Assembly: GCA_044229845.1 (NCBI GenBank)
Contig: JBGASG010000006.1
Location: forward strand, 224,001 to 288,000
Direction of reading: 5' to 3'
DNA: 64,000 nt
Origin: Candidatus Obscuribacteraceae bacterium
GTDB lineage: Bacteria; Cyanobacteriota; Vampirovibrionia; Obscuribacterales; Obscuribacteraceae
In this document: piece by piece, positions 38,053 to 48,801 of the stretch
How positions within the stretch are numbered: position 1 is the first letter of the stretch
Layout: each line of letters starts with the position of its first letter
Program-made: the position numbers and the translations under genes
Notes under the pieces: model-generated
What the model was told of the DNA's origin: nothing
Database searches by the model: none
The model's input: the letters and a program-made list of their open reading frames with translations, nothing else

Positions 38053-38928
38053 ATGGCAGAAACTCTTGCCGATGGCGGGCCCGCGCATGCTCACCATGCG
38101 AACCTGCCCGACACCAAAATTTTCGGCGAAGCGCCTGAAGCACCGGAAGCGCCGGGAACCCTGGAATACGCCGGCAACCTGAGCTACGCCGCTGCGGTCG
38201 GCGCCGACATGGCGGGCTTCGACAGAGTCGCCATGTCGGGACCAGAAACAGCATCGAAATACCTTACTAACGTCTCGATGTTCGAGTCCAGCGACTACAA
38301 AAGCGCTTACCGAGCCAGCAATAGAGCCACTCCCGAACGCGAAGCCGAAGTGCTCACTAAACACTTCGATGCCATCGCCAAACTGTCCGGCGACTCTAAC
38401 TTCATCTCCAGGGAAGCCATAGATCAGTTCGTGCATGCCAACTCAGCTCGTTTGCCCCGCGGCGAGGTATCCGCGCTCATGAGCGCTGCGCTCAACGCAG
38501 AACGCATCCAGCGCTCCAATAATGATGGTTGGTGGCATGATTCGAATGCCGACGGCAGCAAAATTTCGCGCGCCGACATCCAGAAGTATCCGCAGCAAGA
38601 GCGACGACTGATCGATCAAGAACGCGGCATGCAATACATGGCTGACGTATTCAAAAATCTGCCGGGCGATCCGTCCTCTCATCAGATGAGTCTCGCCGAC
38701 ATGCGCAACTTCATCGAGCAGCGTCGCTTAGCCAACGCGCCCGCGGGAGAGCTTGCACTTGCTGAAGCCGCGCTGAAAACCATGACGGAACACGCGAACA
38801 AGTCCGGCGGCGATCCGGAAGCTTTCCGGCTAACGATCAAAAACTTCAATAGCGTCTTCGAACCGCGAGTGGAGATTGACGGTCAGACCTACACTTCGCA
38901 ACAGCTCCACCGCCGCCCTCGACGCTAG
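38053..38928 (+). CDS. Hypothetical protein with EF-hand-like loop-helix repeats
   Basis: GDSNFISREAI, ADGSKISRADI, SHQMSLADM; GAGG RBS. Confidence 0.65.
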   Translation: MAETLADGGPAHAHHANLPDTKIFGEAPEAPEAPGTLEYAGNLSYAAAVGADMAGFDRVAMSGPETASKYLTNVSMFESSDYKSAYRASNRATPEREAEVLTKHFDAIAKLSGDSNFISREAIDQFVHANSARLPRGEVSALMSAALNAERIQRSNNDGWWHDSNADGSKISRADIQKYPQQERRLIDQERGMQYMADVFKNLPGDPSSHQMSLADMRNFIEQRRLANAPAGELALAEAALKTMTEHANKSGGDPEAFRLTIKNFNSVFEPRVEIDGQTYTSQQLHRRPRR

Positions 38929-38995
38929 GGACGTAACGCAGCCTTGAAGAGGCTGACAAGAGATGCTAGACTTTTGAGTGTTCTGAGGTCTCGCC

Positions 38996-39196
38996 ATGGC
39001 TACCAAACCGCGCAAAACCCGAGCTGGAGCCCGCAGCAGTGCGTCGACGGTTGCCTGTCGATACGTCGTTCCCTCGGTGTCAACAACATCAGCATTTGCT
39101 TTCTTTGCCAACAACGAGGAAGCGAGAAAAAAGGCGCTGCTAGTGTTTGGCAAAAGCACTAAAGCGCTTCAAAAACCGCGCAAGAAAAGGGCTTGA
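38996..39196 (+). CDS. Small basic protein
   Basis: GAGG RBS; stop overlaps the next start (TTGA). Confidence 0.5.
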   Translation: MATKPRKTRAGARSSASTVACRYVVPSVSTTSAFAFFANNEEARKKALLVFGKSTKALQKPRKKRA

Positions 39197-39924
39197 ACGA
39201 TCTTCTCGACACTTTGGAAGCGATGCTCTCGCGCTTCAAGGCTGGTGGCTCGATCGACGTGATTGAGTCGGGACGACAAATCACTCATTCGCAACCCCAA
39301 AGAGCCACACTCTCGATTCCAAAGGCGAACCGGGCCTCCGAGATTAGACATGCTTGGGAGAAAAATAGAAGGAGTATTCCAAGGACTGGAATTGTGTTTC
39401 CGGATGGATCGGTAATGACCATTTTGTTTGAGTGGCAAAAGCCACCAATACCACGAGCATTGCAGCCAGTAGCATCGCATATTTCCTATTTCGATTCCCA
39501 CGGCGAACTCTCTGCGTTTGTCAATCGCTACTCGTACTGCTTTTTTCCCAATTCTGAAAGTGCAGAGGCGATAGGATATTTCCGCTATGACTTTCACTCC
39601 GATGCGATGGGTGAAGGAGATTTAGGAGAGCATGCTTACTTCCACCTGCATCATCGAAAAGTGGAACGTGGCTTTAGACTTGCCACTGGACCAGTTACAG
39701 ACTTCGACAAAGTTGTCTCCGGGATCGAAGGACACCTTGCTCCCATTCAGAGAAGGAATCGTCTGAGGAAGTCTTTTGAGCAGGGAAAATTCAATGAACT
39801 GCTGTTTGATTTGACAGTCGACGGAATAAAGAGACTTCACGGCGAAATACTGCCCCGAAAAGCAGACGTGAGCAACTTCAAACACAAGGAAAAGTACGAA
39901 GAGTTTCTGAAGACTTACGAGTGA
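39193..39924 (+). CDS. Hypothetical protein with RYD...H.H motif (DUF2290/TumE-like)
   Basis: FRYDFH...EHAYFHLH...FRLATGPV; AT-richer codon usage by eye. Confidence 0.6.
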   Translation: MNDLLDTLEAMLSRFKAGGSIDVIESGRQITHSQPQRATLSIPKANRASEIRHAWEKNRRSIPRTGIVFPDGSVMTILFEWQKPPIPRALQPVASHISYFDSHGELSAFVNRYSYCFFPNSESAEAIGYFRYDFHSDAMGEGDLGEHAYFHLHHRKVERGFRLATGPVTDFDKVVSGIEGHLAPIQRRNRLRKSFEQGKFNELLFDLTVDGIKRLHGEILPRKADVSNFKHKEKYEEFLKTYE

Positions 39925-40784
39925 TCGTCTAGTCCAATCATCACGAGAGTGCCGAAGTGATCGGACGGATAGACGCCGTCAACCGCCTGGTTGATCAGGC
40001 GGTGCGATTTCGCAGACAAACCCTTTGAGAGAAACACTGCGTCGATGCAGACCGTCGGCTTGCCACCTACGTGATACGTGGGCGAAAGCGTTGCCGCAGT
40101 TGCCGGCTTCGTGAGCAACGCTTCCGCATTGTGGAACCCGGCATTCTCAAAGCATTTCCACGCGTCGCTACCAAGCTCGCAATTGAAATCACCAACCAGA
40201 ATGCGATTTCTTCCCGGACATATCGATTCGATCTGCTTAACCACCAATTCGGCCGACTTCTTGCGCGCCAGCGGATTGAGCGGGAAGTGAGTGTTGAAGA
40301 CGCAAAACTGCGTGCCACCACCTTTAGCCCGTAACATCGCCCACGTACAAATACGCTTGTACATGAGGTCCCAGGTGTTCTTGCTGCTGTCCGGCGTGTC
40401 GCTCAGCCAGAACGTTCCACTCTTCACCAGTTCCAACTTGGTGCGGTCATAGAAGATCGGACAGAACTCGCCTTTCTCCTTTCCGTCATCACGACCGACT
40501 CCAATAAACGAGTGGTTGGGCAGTAACGGCGCGACAAAATTCAACTGCTCCTTCGTCGGTTCCTGCAGGCAGATGACATCGCTCTCTTGCTTGGACAGCA
40601 GTGCTTTCAAAGCCGCTTTGCGTTTCGTCCAGCCGTTCGGAAAAACTCCCGCGTCCGATCCGACCTGGATGTTCCAGGTGAGCACTTTCAGGAAACTGTT
40701 AGAAGCTTCGCTCGCTCCGGCGTTCGTCATCATCAGCAGCAGGAAGACGAAAGCAAGCGCACGCAGGGCGTTTCGTGCAAGCAC
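39915..40784 (-). CDS. Secreted endonuclease/exonuclease/phosphatase family protein
   Basis: TWNI, CLQE, GRDDG, TFWLS, NTHF, GDFN, IDAVF, PSDH. Confidence 0.9.
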   Translation of the reverse strand: MLARNALRALAFVFLLLMMTNAGASEASNSFLKVLTWNIQVGSDAGVFPNGWTKRKAALKALLSKQESDVICLQEPTKEQLNFVAPLLPNHSFIGVGRDDGKEKGEFCPIFYDRTKLELVKSGTFWLSDTPDSSKNTWDLMYKRICTWAMLRAKGGGTQFCVFNTHFPLNPLARKKSAELVVKQIESICPGRNRILVGDFNCELGSDAWKCFENAGFHNAEALLTKPATAATLSPTYHVGGKPTVCIDAVFLSKGLSAKSHRLINQAVDGVYPSDHFGTLVMIGLDDHS

Positions 40785-40791
40785 AATCCAG

Positions 40792-41307
40792 TTAGTACTC
40801 TGGCGCGTTGTCGTGCGAGAGCACGAAGTGCGGACCGCCGCTCGACTGCTCATCGGTCAACATCAGTCCGTCGTGCGCACCGCCGATGATGGCATAGTCT
40901 TTGCCCCCGTCCACGCAGGTGTATTCGATGACGCCGGGAGCCAATCCTTCACGCGAGCCGTGGCGCAAGGACTCGGCATCCTTTCTTGTGCCGTTCACCG
41001 GCAAAATTAGCCCTTGCTTGGGATCGGTGGAGAATACATTGCTGTAGCCGGCATAATCAGGGGACTTGAAACTATCATCGATTTTTTCGGGATACTTGCC
41101 GTTGTGTGCCTTGCCGTACGCCTCGACGGCACGCTGAAACTGCAGCATGTTGCCCTTAATCAAATTGTCCCGCGGTTCCAGCTGCACAGGTTCCGCGTTG
41201 TTCTTGAACAGTTTCCTGGCGTAGTTATCCGTGCCGCAACCGGTCAAAACCGTGACGCAGGCTACTGCCGCCACCAATATCCGAATCGACGCAGAGAATA
41301 ACTTCAA
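40792..41307 (-). CDS. Lipoprotein with pseudopilin (GspG)-like domain
   Basis: Lipobox LTGC; NMLQFQRAVEAY...GKYP. Confidence 0.6.
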   Translation of the reverse strand: MKLFSASIRILVAAVACVTVLTGCGTDNYARKLFKNNAEPVQLEPRDNLIKGNMLQFQRAVEAYGKAHNGKYPEKIDDSFKSPDYAGYSNVFSTDPKQGLILPVNGTRKDAESLRHGSREGLAPGVIEYTCVDGGKDYAIIGGAHDGLMLTDEQSSGGPHFVLSHDNAPEY

Positions 41308-41408
41308 GTGACATTCCTCCGGGCAAGACGTTCGCCAATACTACCATTGCCGTCGACACTAAACCGCCCAACCTGGCTATAATGCAGCCAGGGGACTATC
41401 GACCTTTA

Positions 41409-42548
41409 ATGAAAATTCGCTCTCGCCTCAGAGTATTCCTTGCCATCGTCTGCGCCAGCATGACCCTGCTGGTCTCGATGGCTGCGCCGCCGGCGCCTGG
41501 AGCCGTGGAGACATGGGAAAAGCTCGACAAACGCCTCAAGGGACAGATATTTCAGCTGAACATCGGCATCAAAATCAAGGTAAAGGGAGAGTACGCCCAG
41601 CTCACGGACGTGTCGCCCAAGTACAAATTTGCGGTTTTTGGCACCACCCCCGACGATAAAGGCTTCCGGGTGGTAGGTTTTGGGTCGTCATTCCCAATTC
41701 GCACCGCCAAAGGCGACAAGACCTATTTCTTGACGAACCGTCACGTCGTGGATTCCGGCGAAGGCATTGTCCAGGAAAGCCAGCGTTTCTTTGCAGCAAT
41801 GAGGTTAAATGCTCAGCAGACTGCCGGTTTCACGTCCGCAGAGCAGCGATACAAAGACATGATGGCAATCGTTAACATGTCCCAGAAGAAGGATATGAAT
41901 TTTGCCGAGCGAGCTATTTACAACAGCACGGTCGATGGTATCTGGGATACGTACGAAAACAACCTGTCCACCAAAGCCGACCCGCAGCGCAAGCAGTTTC
42001 AAAAATACCTGGCCATGGCCGGCGTCGAGTCGGAGACTGGTTATTTCCTGCACTCACCAGGTCCGGTCACGCAGCCTGCACTGCAGGCTCAGCTATACAA
42101 AGTGGCTCGCACTGATGCCGAGCCCGATCTCGCCGTCTTGACCGTAGGCGACTCGGCGCTCCCCAAGCTGGACTTAGATACAGTGACGCCTTCAGAAGGA
42201 CAGGAGATTCAGGTGATCGGCTATCCACTGGCATCCGATCAAATCGACGCAGACTCAGGCACTTATTACGCTCCCACATTTACAACGGGACGGGTGTCGC
42301 GCGTGGCACCGCGCTTGCTGCACGTCGATGCACCAGTCACCGTCGGCAACAGCGGCGGTCCCGTCGTCAGCCTACGGGGCAAAGTGGTCGGCGTAGTGGC
42401 GCGACGCGCCATGCTACCGCATACGATGAATGGTCAAGTTGTGCAAGCTGAGCTGCCGAACTTCGGCGGCGCCATCACCGTGCAGTCCAACAGTGATGTA
42501 ATGAGCCGAATTTTCTTTGCTGCAGCGGGCGGTTGCCAGTTGTACTAG
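41409..42548 (+). CDS. Secreted trypsin-like serine protease (no PDZ) with large insert
   Basis: TNRHVV, DLAVL, GNSGGP catalytic triad. Confidence 0.88.
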   Translation: MKIRSRLRVFLAIVCASMTLLVSMAAPPAPGAVETWEKLDKRLKGQIFQLNIGIKIKVKGEYAQLTDVSPKYKFAVFGTTPDDKGFRVVGFGSSFPIRTAKGDKTYFLTNRHVVDSGEGIVQESQRFFAAMRLNAQQTAGFTSAEQRYKDMMAIVNMSQKKDMNFAERAIYNSTVDGIWDTYENNLSTKADPQRKQFQKYLAMAGVESETGYFLHSPGPVTQPALQAQLYKVARTDAEPDLAVLTVGDSALPKLDLDTVTPSEGQEIQVIGYPLASDQIDADSGTYYAPTFTTGRVSRVAPRLLHVDAPVTVGNSGGPVVSLRGKVVGVVARRAMLPHTMNGQVVQAELPNFGGAITVQSNSDVMSRIFFAAAGGCQLY

Positions 42549-42588
42549 AATTTCATCCACATAGTTTGTGCCTGAATTCGAGGGGTCC

Positions 42589-44709
42589 ATGCAAGTAACG
42601 CATAAGTTCTTGACGCTGATTACGGTGTCATTCGCAATCGCACTCGCTGGTTGCACGACGACGACACACACAACCACGACGACAACCACAACAACCACCA
42701 GCAGCGGTGACACCGCATCCGGTGGCGTGCTTCCCGAGTTCAAGGCACCATATCCGGGGAATTACACGACCGCCATGGTCGGTGATGCTGAAGTGCACGA
42801 AGGCAGGTTCCCGGTCGGCAAATTTGGCGGCACGCTGGTGCGTCCGATTGTCGGCTCAGATCCCAAGACCTTCAACTACTGGCAGGCAGACGACTCTTCG
42901 TCCCGTATGCTCGCCGGTTATATGTTCTCGGGACTGGTTGTCGACGATCCTTACAACGGCGATATCACACCCGATCTGGCTGAAGAAGTTAAGGTGATGC
43001 CGGACAACGTCACCTACATCACCAAGCTGCGCAAGGGGCTCAAGTGGTCGGACGGTAAACCGATCACCTCCGCCGACGTTGCCTATACATGGAACACGAT
43101 CATCGCCGGTGGCTATGGAAACAGCTCGCTGCGCGACGTCACCCAGATCGAAGGGAAATCACCGACCGTCACGGTCATCGATGAGCTGACAAATAAATTC
43201 GTGACACCAAAACCATTCGCTCCGTTCCAGAGATTGCTTGGCATTCCGATTGCGCCCAAACACGTTTTCGAACCGATTACCAGCAAGCCGGACGGGCATC
43301 AACGGTTCGGCGAGAAGTGGGCTCAAACTACCGATCCCGCAAAATTGGCTTCCTTTGTCACGTCGGGTCCGTTCGTCATCTCGCGCTTCGTCCCATCGCA
43401 ACGGGTGGAACTGGCGCGCACTGAAAACTATACCTTGTTCAACAAAGACGGACGCCGCTTGCCCTACCTGGACAAACAGCTCTTCGTTTTCGTTCCTGAA
43501 CCGAACACATTGCAGCTGAAGTTCCGCAATAAAGAGATCGACGTAACGACTGTTCGCGCCCGCGATTTGCAGACGCTTCTGTCTGAGCGCGAGAAAGGGG
43601 ATTTCCAGATCTATCGCCTCGGCCCTACCTCGGGTTCTACGTTCATCATGTTCAATATGAATCAGCGAAAGAACCCCAAAGGGGAAGCTTACGTCGATCC
43701 GATCAAATCAAAATGGTTCAACGACAAGAACTTCCGGCAAGCTGTAAATCATGCCGTCAATCGCGATCTGATCATCGCCAACTATTTCAAAGGCATCGCT
43801 TATCCGGCTTTCACATCTGAGTCCCCCACCAGCCCCTGGTTCGATTCCGCATTGCAGCCATTCAAGCCGGATCTGAAGATGTCCAGCGACCTGCTGACTC
43901 AATCCGGTTTTACAAAGAAAGGCGATGTTCTCTACGACAAGGCCGGAAACAAAGTCGAATTTGACCTAGTGTACGCAGCAGCAAGTCCTTTCTATGAGGC
44001 TTGCGTGCAGCAGTTGAAGGATGACCTCGGTAAGCTGGGGATCAAAGTCAACTCGCAAGCCATGGAATTCAATGCTCTGATCGACCGGATGGATGTTTCG
44101 AAGAAGTGGGAATGCTCGATATTCTCGCTGACCGGCGATCCACTCGATCCGCATGGCGGCACCAACGTCTGGCGGACGGACGGTAGATTGCACCTGTTCG
44201 ACCTGCGGTTCGAGCCGGGACAAACAACCACTAAGGTCACCGATGCCCGTCCCTGGGAAAAGGAAATCGACACTATCTATACGAAGGGCGCGCAGATCTT
44301 CGACAAGGCTGAGCGCAAGAAGGTATATGACCGCTACCAACAAATCGTCTATGACGAAGTACCAATGATCTACCTTGTTACACCAACTGCATTGCTCGGA
44401 GCGAGAAACACCGTCGGCAATTTCGCGCCGACGCCGCTTTCCTCATCGGTTGGTGACGGCTTGCACAACATCGACGAGATCTACAAGACAGACGCCACAG
44501 GTACTGGTCCAGAGCCGGAGAAGTTGAGCCCGAAGACTGCCGCGCCGGCGCCCGACACAGCGACCCCGACGTCGACGACTACCAGTTCAACAACAACGAC
44601 AACCGGGACAACCCCAGCCATTCCCATGACGGGTCCCGGTGCCACCACAACTGATGCAGCGACATCACCGGTCACACCAGCCAAGACGAAACCGGAACGC
44701 AAACCGTGA
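42589..44709 (+). CDS. Peptide/nickel ABC transporter substrate-binding lipoprotein (family 5), Thr-rich termini
   Basis: Lipobox LAGC, DPKTFN, LRKGLKWSDG, GPF, FRQAV. Confidence 0.92.
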   Translation: MQVTHKFLTLITVSFAIALAGCTTTTHTTTTTTTTTTSSGDTASGGVLPEFKAPYPGNYTTAMVGDAEVHEGRFPVGKFGGTLVRPIVGSDPKTFNYWQADDSSSRMLAGYMFSGLVVDDPYNGDITPDLAEEVKVMPDNVTYITKLRKGLKWSDGKPITSADVAYTWNTIIAGGYGNSSLRDVTQIEGKSPTVTVIDELTNKFVTPKPFAPFQRLLGIPIAPKHVFEPITSKPDGHQRFGEKWAQTTDPAKLASFVTSGPFVISRFVPSQRVELARTENYTLFNKDGRRLPYLDKQLFVFVPEPNTLQLKFRNKEIDVTTVRARDLQTLLSEREKGDFQIYRLGPTSGSTFIMFNMNQRKNPKGEAYVDPIKSKWFNDKNFRQAVNHAVNRDLIIANYFKGIAYPAFTSESPTSPWFDSALQPFKPDLKMSSDLLTQSGFTKKGDVLYDKAGNKVEFDLVYAAASPFYEACVQQLKDDLGKLGIKVNSQAMEFNALIDRMDVSKKWECSIFSLTGDPLDPHGGTNVWRTDGRLHLFDLRFEPGQTTTKVTDARPWEKEIDTIYTKGAQIFDKAERKKVYDRYQQIVYDEVPMIYLVTPTALLGARNTVGNFAPTPLSSSVGDGLHNIDEIYKTDATGTGPEPEKLSPKTAAPAPDTATPTSTTTSSTTTTTGTTPAIPMTGPGATTTDAATSPVTPAKTKPERKP

Positions 44710-46640
44710 ACAAGTTGCTCGTCTTAGCGACAATCTGCGCAGTGTTTCTAACCGGTTGCGTGCGGAAACCAGCGGCTCAGGTCGCTGGACCGCCATTGCC
44801 TCCCGATAAGATAACAACCGCATTCGGCGTCCACGACTTTCCGAATCCTGGTCCGCACAAGATTGTCGAAGTCACCGAAAAGGACGGCACAAAGAGCGAA
44901 TACCTTCAGGCTCGCGGAGACGTCGGCAAATTCGGCGGTGCGTTCAAAGTATCTATCTTTGGTTCCGGACCGAAAACATTCAACCCCTGGGATGCATCAG
45001 ATGTTGAAAGCGGTGGACTGGCGCTGCTCATGTTTGACCGTTTGGTGGATATTGATCCATGGACGGGCAAACCCTACCCGAAACTGGCAAAGTCGGTTGA
45101 AGTCAGCAAAGACAATCTGGAATACACTTTCGTTTTGCGCAAGGGATTGAAGTGGTCCGACGGCAAACCACTGACGGCCGACGATGTGGTTTTCACGTTT
45201 AACGATCTGGTCGGCAAGGGCTTCGGCAACACCAGTAACCGTGACGTCATTTCGGTCTACGGTGAATATCCTAAAGTCTGGAAAGTCGACGACCTGACGG
45301 TGAAGTTTCGCACCGCACACCCCTTCGCACCATTTCTGGTGGCAATCCACTCGATTCCGATTGCACCAAAGCACGTCATGGAGAAATACACCAAGGGAAA
45401 GCCGGATGACTTTCGCAAGGTATGGTCGGTCAACATGAACCCGTCGGAGATGGTATCCAGCGGTCCGTTTATTCTCGAACAGTATGTGCCATCCCAACGA
45501 GTGATTTTGAAGCGAATCAATACTTATGGCATGGTGGATAAGGCTGGCAACAAGTTGCCCTATCTGAATCAGTTCGTCGAATTGATTGTGCCCGACCAGA
45601 ACACGATGGTTCTGAAGTTCCTCGGCAGAGAGATCGACCTTCTGGATGTGCGCAGCGTACGCGGTCTCGACGCGGCTCCGCTTATGGCGAAGGAGAAGTC
45701 GCTCGACTTTACGATGTACAACCTCGGCGCGGATGACGGCACGTACTTCCTCATGTTCAACATGAACCAGCGCATCAATCCAAAGACAAAGAAACCGTAT
45801 GTAGATCCGATCAAGCAGAAGTGGTTTAACAACGTCAAATTCCGGCAGGCCGTCAGCCACGCAATCAACAGAGCGCAGATCATAAACAACGTGGCGCGTG
45901 GAGTCGCGGTGCCTCTGTATACAGCTGAACCGACATCCTCCCTGTACTACAATCCGAAGCTACAGCCCTTCCCTCAAGATTTGGAGCTATCGAAGAAGCT
46001 CCTTGCCGAGGGCGGATTTGTTCTCAAGGATGGCGTTCTTCACGACGCAGACGGACACCCGGTTGAGTTCATTCTGCAAACAAACGCCGGCAACCTCACC
46101 CGAGAAGCAATCTGCAATCACGTAAAAGATGTCCTCAAACCATTGGGCATCAAGGTCAACTTCCAGCCCATCGACTTCAATATTCTGGTCGGGAAAACTG
46201 AAGATACTCTCGATTGGGAAGGGATTGTCATGGCACTCAGCGGCAGCCGCCTTGAGCCGTACGAGGGCGCCAACGTATGGAAGTCCGACGGACGCTTACA
46301 CATGTTTGATCAGCGGCTGCCTAATGAACAGGGCAAAGTCCTGGCGCCGGACGCTCGCCCCTGGGAAAAAGAAATCGACAAACTGTTCGATGACGGCGCC
46401 ACCACAATGGATCCAGCTAAACGACGGGCAGCCTACGACAAGTATCAAGAGATCGTTTACGAACAGCAGCCGTTCATTTATTTGATCTCTATTCTCGACC
46501 TGACGGCTATGAGAAACAGCGTCGGCAATTACAAACCCAAACCCTGGGGCGTCAGTTATACACCCATGGGAAGCATGCACAACATCGAAGAAATCTACTT
46601 CAAAGACAGCCAGCAAAAGCCAGCGGAGTCAGCTAAATAG
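44706..46640 (+). CDS. Peptide ABC transporter substrate-binding lipoprotein (paralog)
   Basis: Lipobox LTGC; same motifs as the upstream paralog. Confidence 0.92.
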   Translation: MNKLLVLATICAVFLTGCVRKPAAQVAGPPLPPDKITTAFGVHDFPNPGPHKIVEVTEKDGTKSEYLQARGDVGKFGGAFKVSIFGSGPKTFNPWDASDVESGGLALLMFDRLVDIDPWTGKPYPKLAKSVEVSKDNLEYTFVLRKGLKWSDGKPLTADDVVFTFNDLVGKGFGNTSNRDVISVYGEYPKVWKVDDLTVKFRTAHPFAPFLVAIHSIPIAPKHVMEKYTKGKPDDFRKVWSVNMNPSEMVSSGPFILEQYVPSQRVILKRINTYGMVDKAGNKLPYLNQFVELIVPDQNTMVLKFLGREIDLLDVRSVRGLDAAPLMAKEKSLDFTMYNLGADDGTYFLMFNMNQRINPKTKKPYVDPIKQKWFNNVKFRQAVSHAINRAQIINNVARGVAVPLYTAEPTSSLYYNPKLQPFPQDLELSKKLLAEGGFVLKDGVLHDADGHPVEFILQTNAGNLTREAICNHVKDVLKPLGIKVNFQPIDFNILVGKTEDTLDWEGIVMALSGSRLEPYEGANVWKSDGRLHMFDQRLPNEQGKVLAPDARPWEKEIDKLFDDGATTMDPAKRRAAYDKYQEIVYEQQPFIYLISILDLTAMRNSVGNYKPKPWGVSYTPMGSMHNIEEIYFKDSQQKPAESAK

Positions 46641-46641
46641 C

Positions 46642-47610
46642 ATGTCCATACCGATCTACATCCTCAAGCGCTTTCTGCAATCGATTCCATTGCTGATCAT
46701 CATCTCGATCATGAGTTTCACGATGCTGATGATGGCGCCAATCGATCCGCTAGCGCAATTGAAAGCAAACCCTGCTATCTCGCAGGCGGCGATCAAAGCG
46801 GAGGAGGAACGGCTTGGATTGAACAAACCCCCGATCGAGCGCTATGGCCGTTGGCTGGTTGCTCTGCTGCAAGGAAACCCGGGCACGGCCGTATCCGGAG
46901 CACCGGTGGCCAGTCTGTTGATGGATCGCGCCGGCAACACATTGCTTTTGAGCAGTCTCTCGATTTTCTTCACCTGGCTATTTGCAATTCCAATGGGCAT
47001 TTACGCCGCTGTGCACCGCCAGAAGTTTCTCGACAAACTGTTCAACATGATCAGCGCAATCGGTATGTCGATGCCGCCGTTTTTCTTCGCTCTCCTTTTG
47101 CTGATGGGAGCGTTGGCAACCGGATGGTTTCCGATTGGCGGCTTGACCAGCCCCAATCACTTCGAGATGGACTTCTGGCATCAAAGACTCGACATCGCGC
47201 ACCATCTCGTGATTCCAACCACCGTATTGACCTTCATCGGGCTGGCCGGTATTCAGCGCCAGATGCGCGGTAATCTGCTCGATGTTTTGCGCGCCGAGTA
47301 TGTCCGTACAGCTCGGGCCAAAGGCTTGCCAGAAAATCGTGTCCTTTACGCACACGCATTGAGAAATGCGATCAACCCACTCATTACATTCCTCGGATTT
47401 GAATTCGCGGCTCTGCTCAGCGGCGCAGCACTGACTGAAACGGTGCTCGCGTATCCAGGGCTGGGTCGATTGACACTGGAAGGCGTGCTAACCAAAGACA
47501 TGAACCTGGTAATGGCCTCTCTCATGCTGGGCGCCGTCATGCTGATCGCCGGCAACTTGATTGCAGACATTCTTCTCAAACTGGTCGACCCCCGAATCAC
47601 CCTGGAGTAA
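46642..47610 (+). CDS. Peptide ABC transporter permease (OppB/DppB type)
   Basis: EYVRTARAKGL, HALRNA, DPRI. Confidence 0.93.
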   Translation: MSIPIYILKRFLQSIPLLIIISIMSFTMLMMAPIDPLAQLKANPAISQAAIKAEEERLGLNKPPIERYGRWLVALLQGNPGTAVSGAPVASLLMDRAGNTLLLSSLSIFFTWLFAIPMGIYAAVHRQKFLDKLFNMISAIGMSMPPFFFALLLLMGALATGWFPIGGLTSPNHFEMDFWHQRLDIAHHLVIPTTVLTFIGLAGIQRQMRGNLLDVLRAEYVRTARAKGLPENRVLYAHALRNAINPLITFLGFEFAALLSGAALTETVLAYPGLGRLTLEGVLTKDMNLVMASLMLGAVMLIAGNLIADILLKLVDPRITLE

Positions 47611-47623
47611 CAGGCAGACACCT

Positions 47624-48766
47624 ATGTCAGTTGATCAAAGCGAACTGCCTTTGTTAGAGCCAAAGCCGAAACCGGTTGAGGAAAACATTCCGCTGCGCAA
47701 AACGCCCTGGCAAAGGCTCTGGGAAGATCGCCTGGCGCGCATCGCGTTGATTCTGCTGGGCGTTCTGTACTTGGCTGCAGCACTGGCAGATCCGCTTTCG
47801 CCCTACAGCATGCACTACAGCGATCCGGAACTGGGCAACGCGCCCCCCACCGAGGTTTACTGGAACGACGAGAAAGGGAACGTGGTCAATCCCTACGTTT
47901 ATCGAATGGAACGCACATTCGATCCCATGACCTTGAAACAAACATATTCGGAAGTGCGCGATAAGAAGTACGAACTGAAGATGTTTTATCCAGGCGAGGA
48001 TTATCATATTTTCGGGATCATCCCAGGAAACATCCACCTCTTCGGCGTTGATTCGCCCGCTCACATATTCATACTCGGCACCGACATCAGTGGGCGAGAC
48101 AACTGGTCGCGTCTTTTCTTCGGGGCCCAGAAAAGTCTGACCATCGGGTTTCTCGGGCTATTCATCGCCTTCCCGATTGGTATTGCCTATGGTGGGCTTT
48201 CCGGTTTCCTGGGCGGGCTGGTCGACAACTGGATGATGCGCATCGCGGAAGCGGTGATGTCTATTCCAAGTTTCTACCTGCTGATCGGACTGGCAGCAAT
48301 ATTGCCGCCCAAGATGACCAGCTCCGAGCGCTTCGCATTAATCACAGTCATCCTGTCCTTCATCGGCTGGGCGGGATTGGCTCGGATCATCCGCGGTATG
48401 GTGCTATCCATCCGCAACGAAGAGTTTGTGGAAGCGGCGCGCGCCGCCGGCATGCCCGAATTCTGGAACATGCTCAAACACGTCATTCCGCAGACTGCGA
48501 GCTTCCTGATTATCTCAGCCACGCTGCAGGTCCCCAGTTTCATCCTCTCCGAAAGCGGCTTGAGCTTCCTCGGACTGGGTATTCAGCAGCCTGATGCCAG
48601 CTGGGGCAACATGCTCAAGGAAGCCCAGGACAACGTCAATGATTTGCTCGACCGCCCCTGGCTGATTACGCCGGGCATTGCGATCTTCATCACGATCCTC
48701 TGCTTCAACACTGTAGGCGATGTGCTCCGCGATGTCTTAGATCCGAAACTCCACGGTTCCAAATAG
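47624..48766 (+). CDS. Peptide ABC transporter permease (OppC/DppC type)
   Basis: LGTDISGRD, EFVEAARAAG, ESGLSFLGLG, SWG.ML, GD.LRDVLDP. Confidence 0.93.
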   Translation: MSVDQSELPLLEPKPKPVEENIPLRKTPWQRLWEDRLARIALILLGVLYLAAALADPLSPYSMHYSDPELGNAPPTEVYWNDEKGNVVNPYVYRMERTFDPMTLKQTYSEVRDKKYELKMFYPGEDYHIFGIIPGNIHLFGVDSPAHIFILGTDISGRDNWSRLFFGAQKSLTIGFLGLFIAFPIGIAYGGLSGFLGGLVDNWMMRIAEAVMSIPSFYLLIGLAAILPPKMTSSERFALITVILSFIGWAGLARIIRGMVLSIRNEEFVEAARAAGMPEFWNMLKHVIPQTASFLIISATLQVPSFILSESGLSFLGLGIQQPDASWGNMLKEAQDNVNDLLDRPWLITPGIAIFITILCFNTVGDVLRDVLDPKLHGSK

Positions 48767-48801
48767 CCAGCGCGCAACGCGCACAAAGGATGCAACGCCA
48801 A

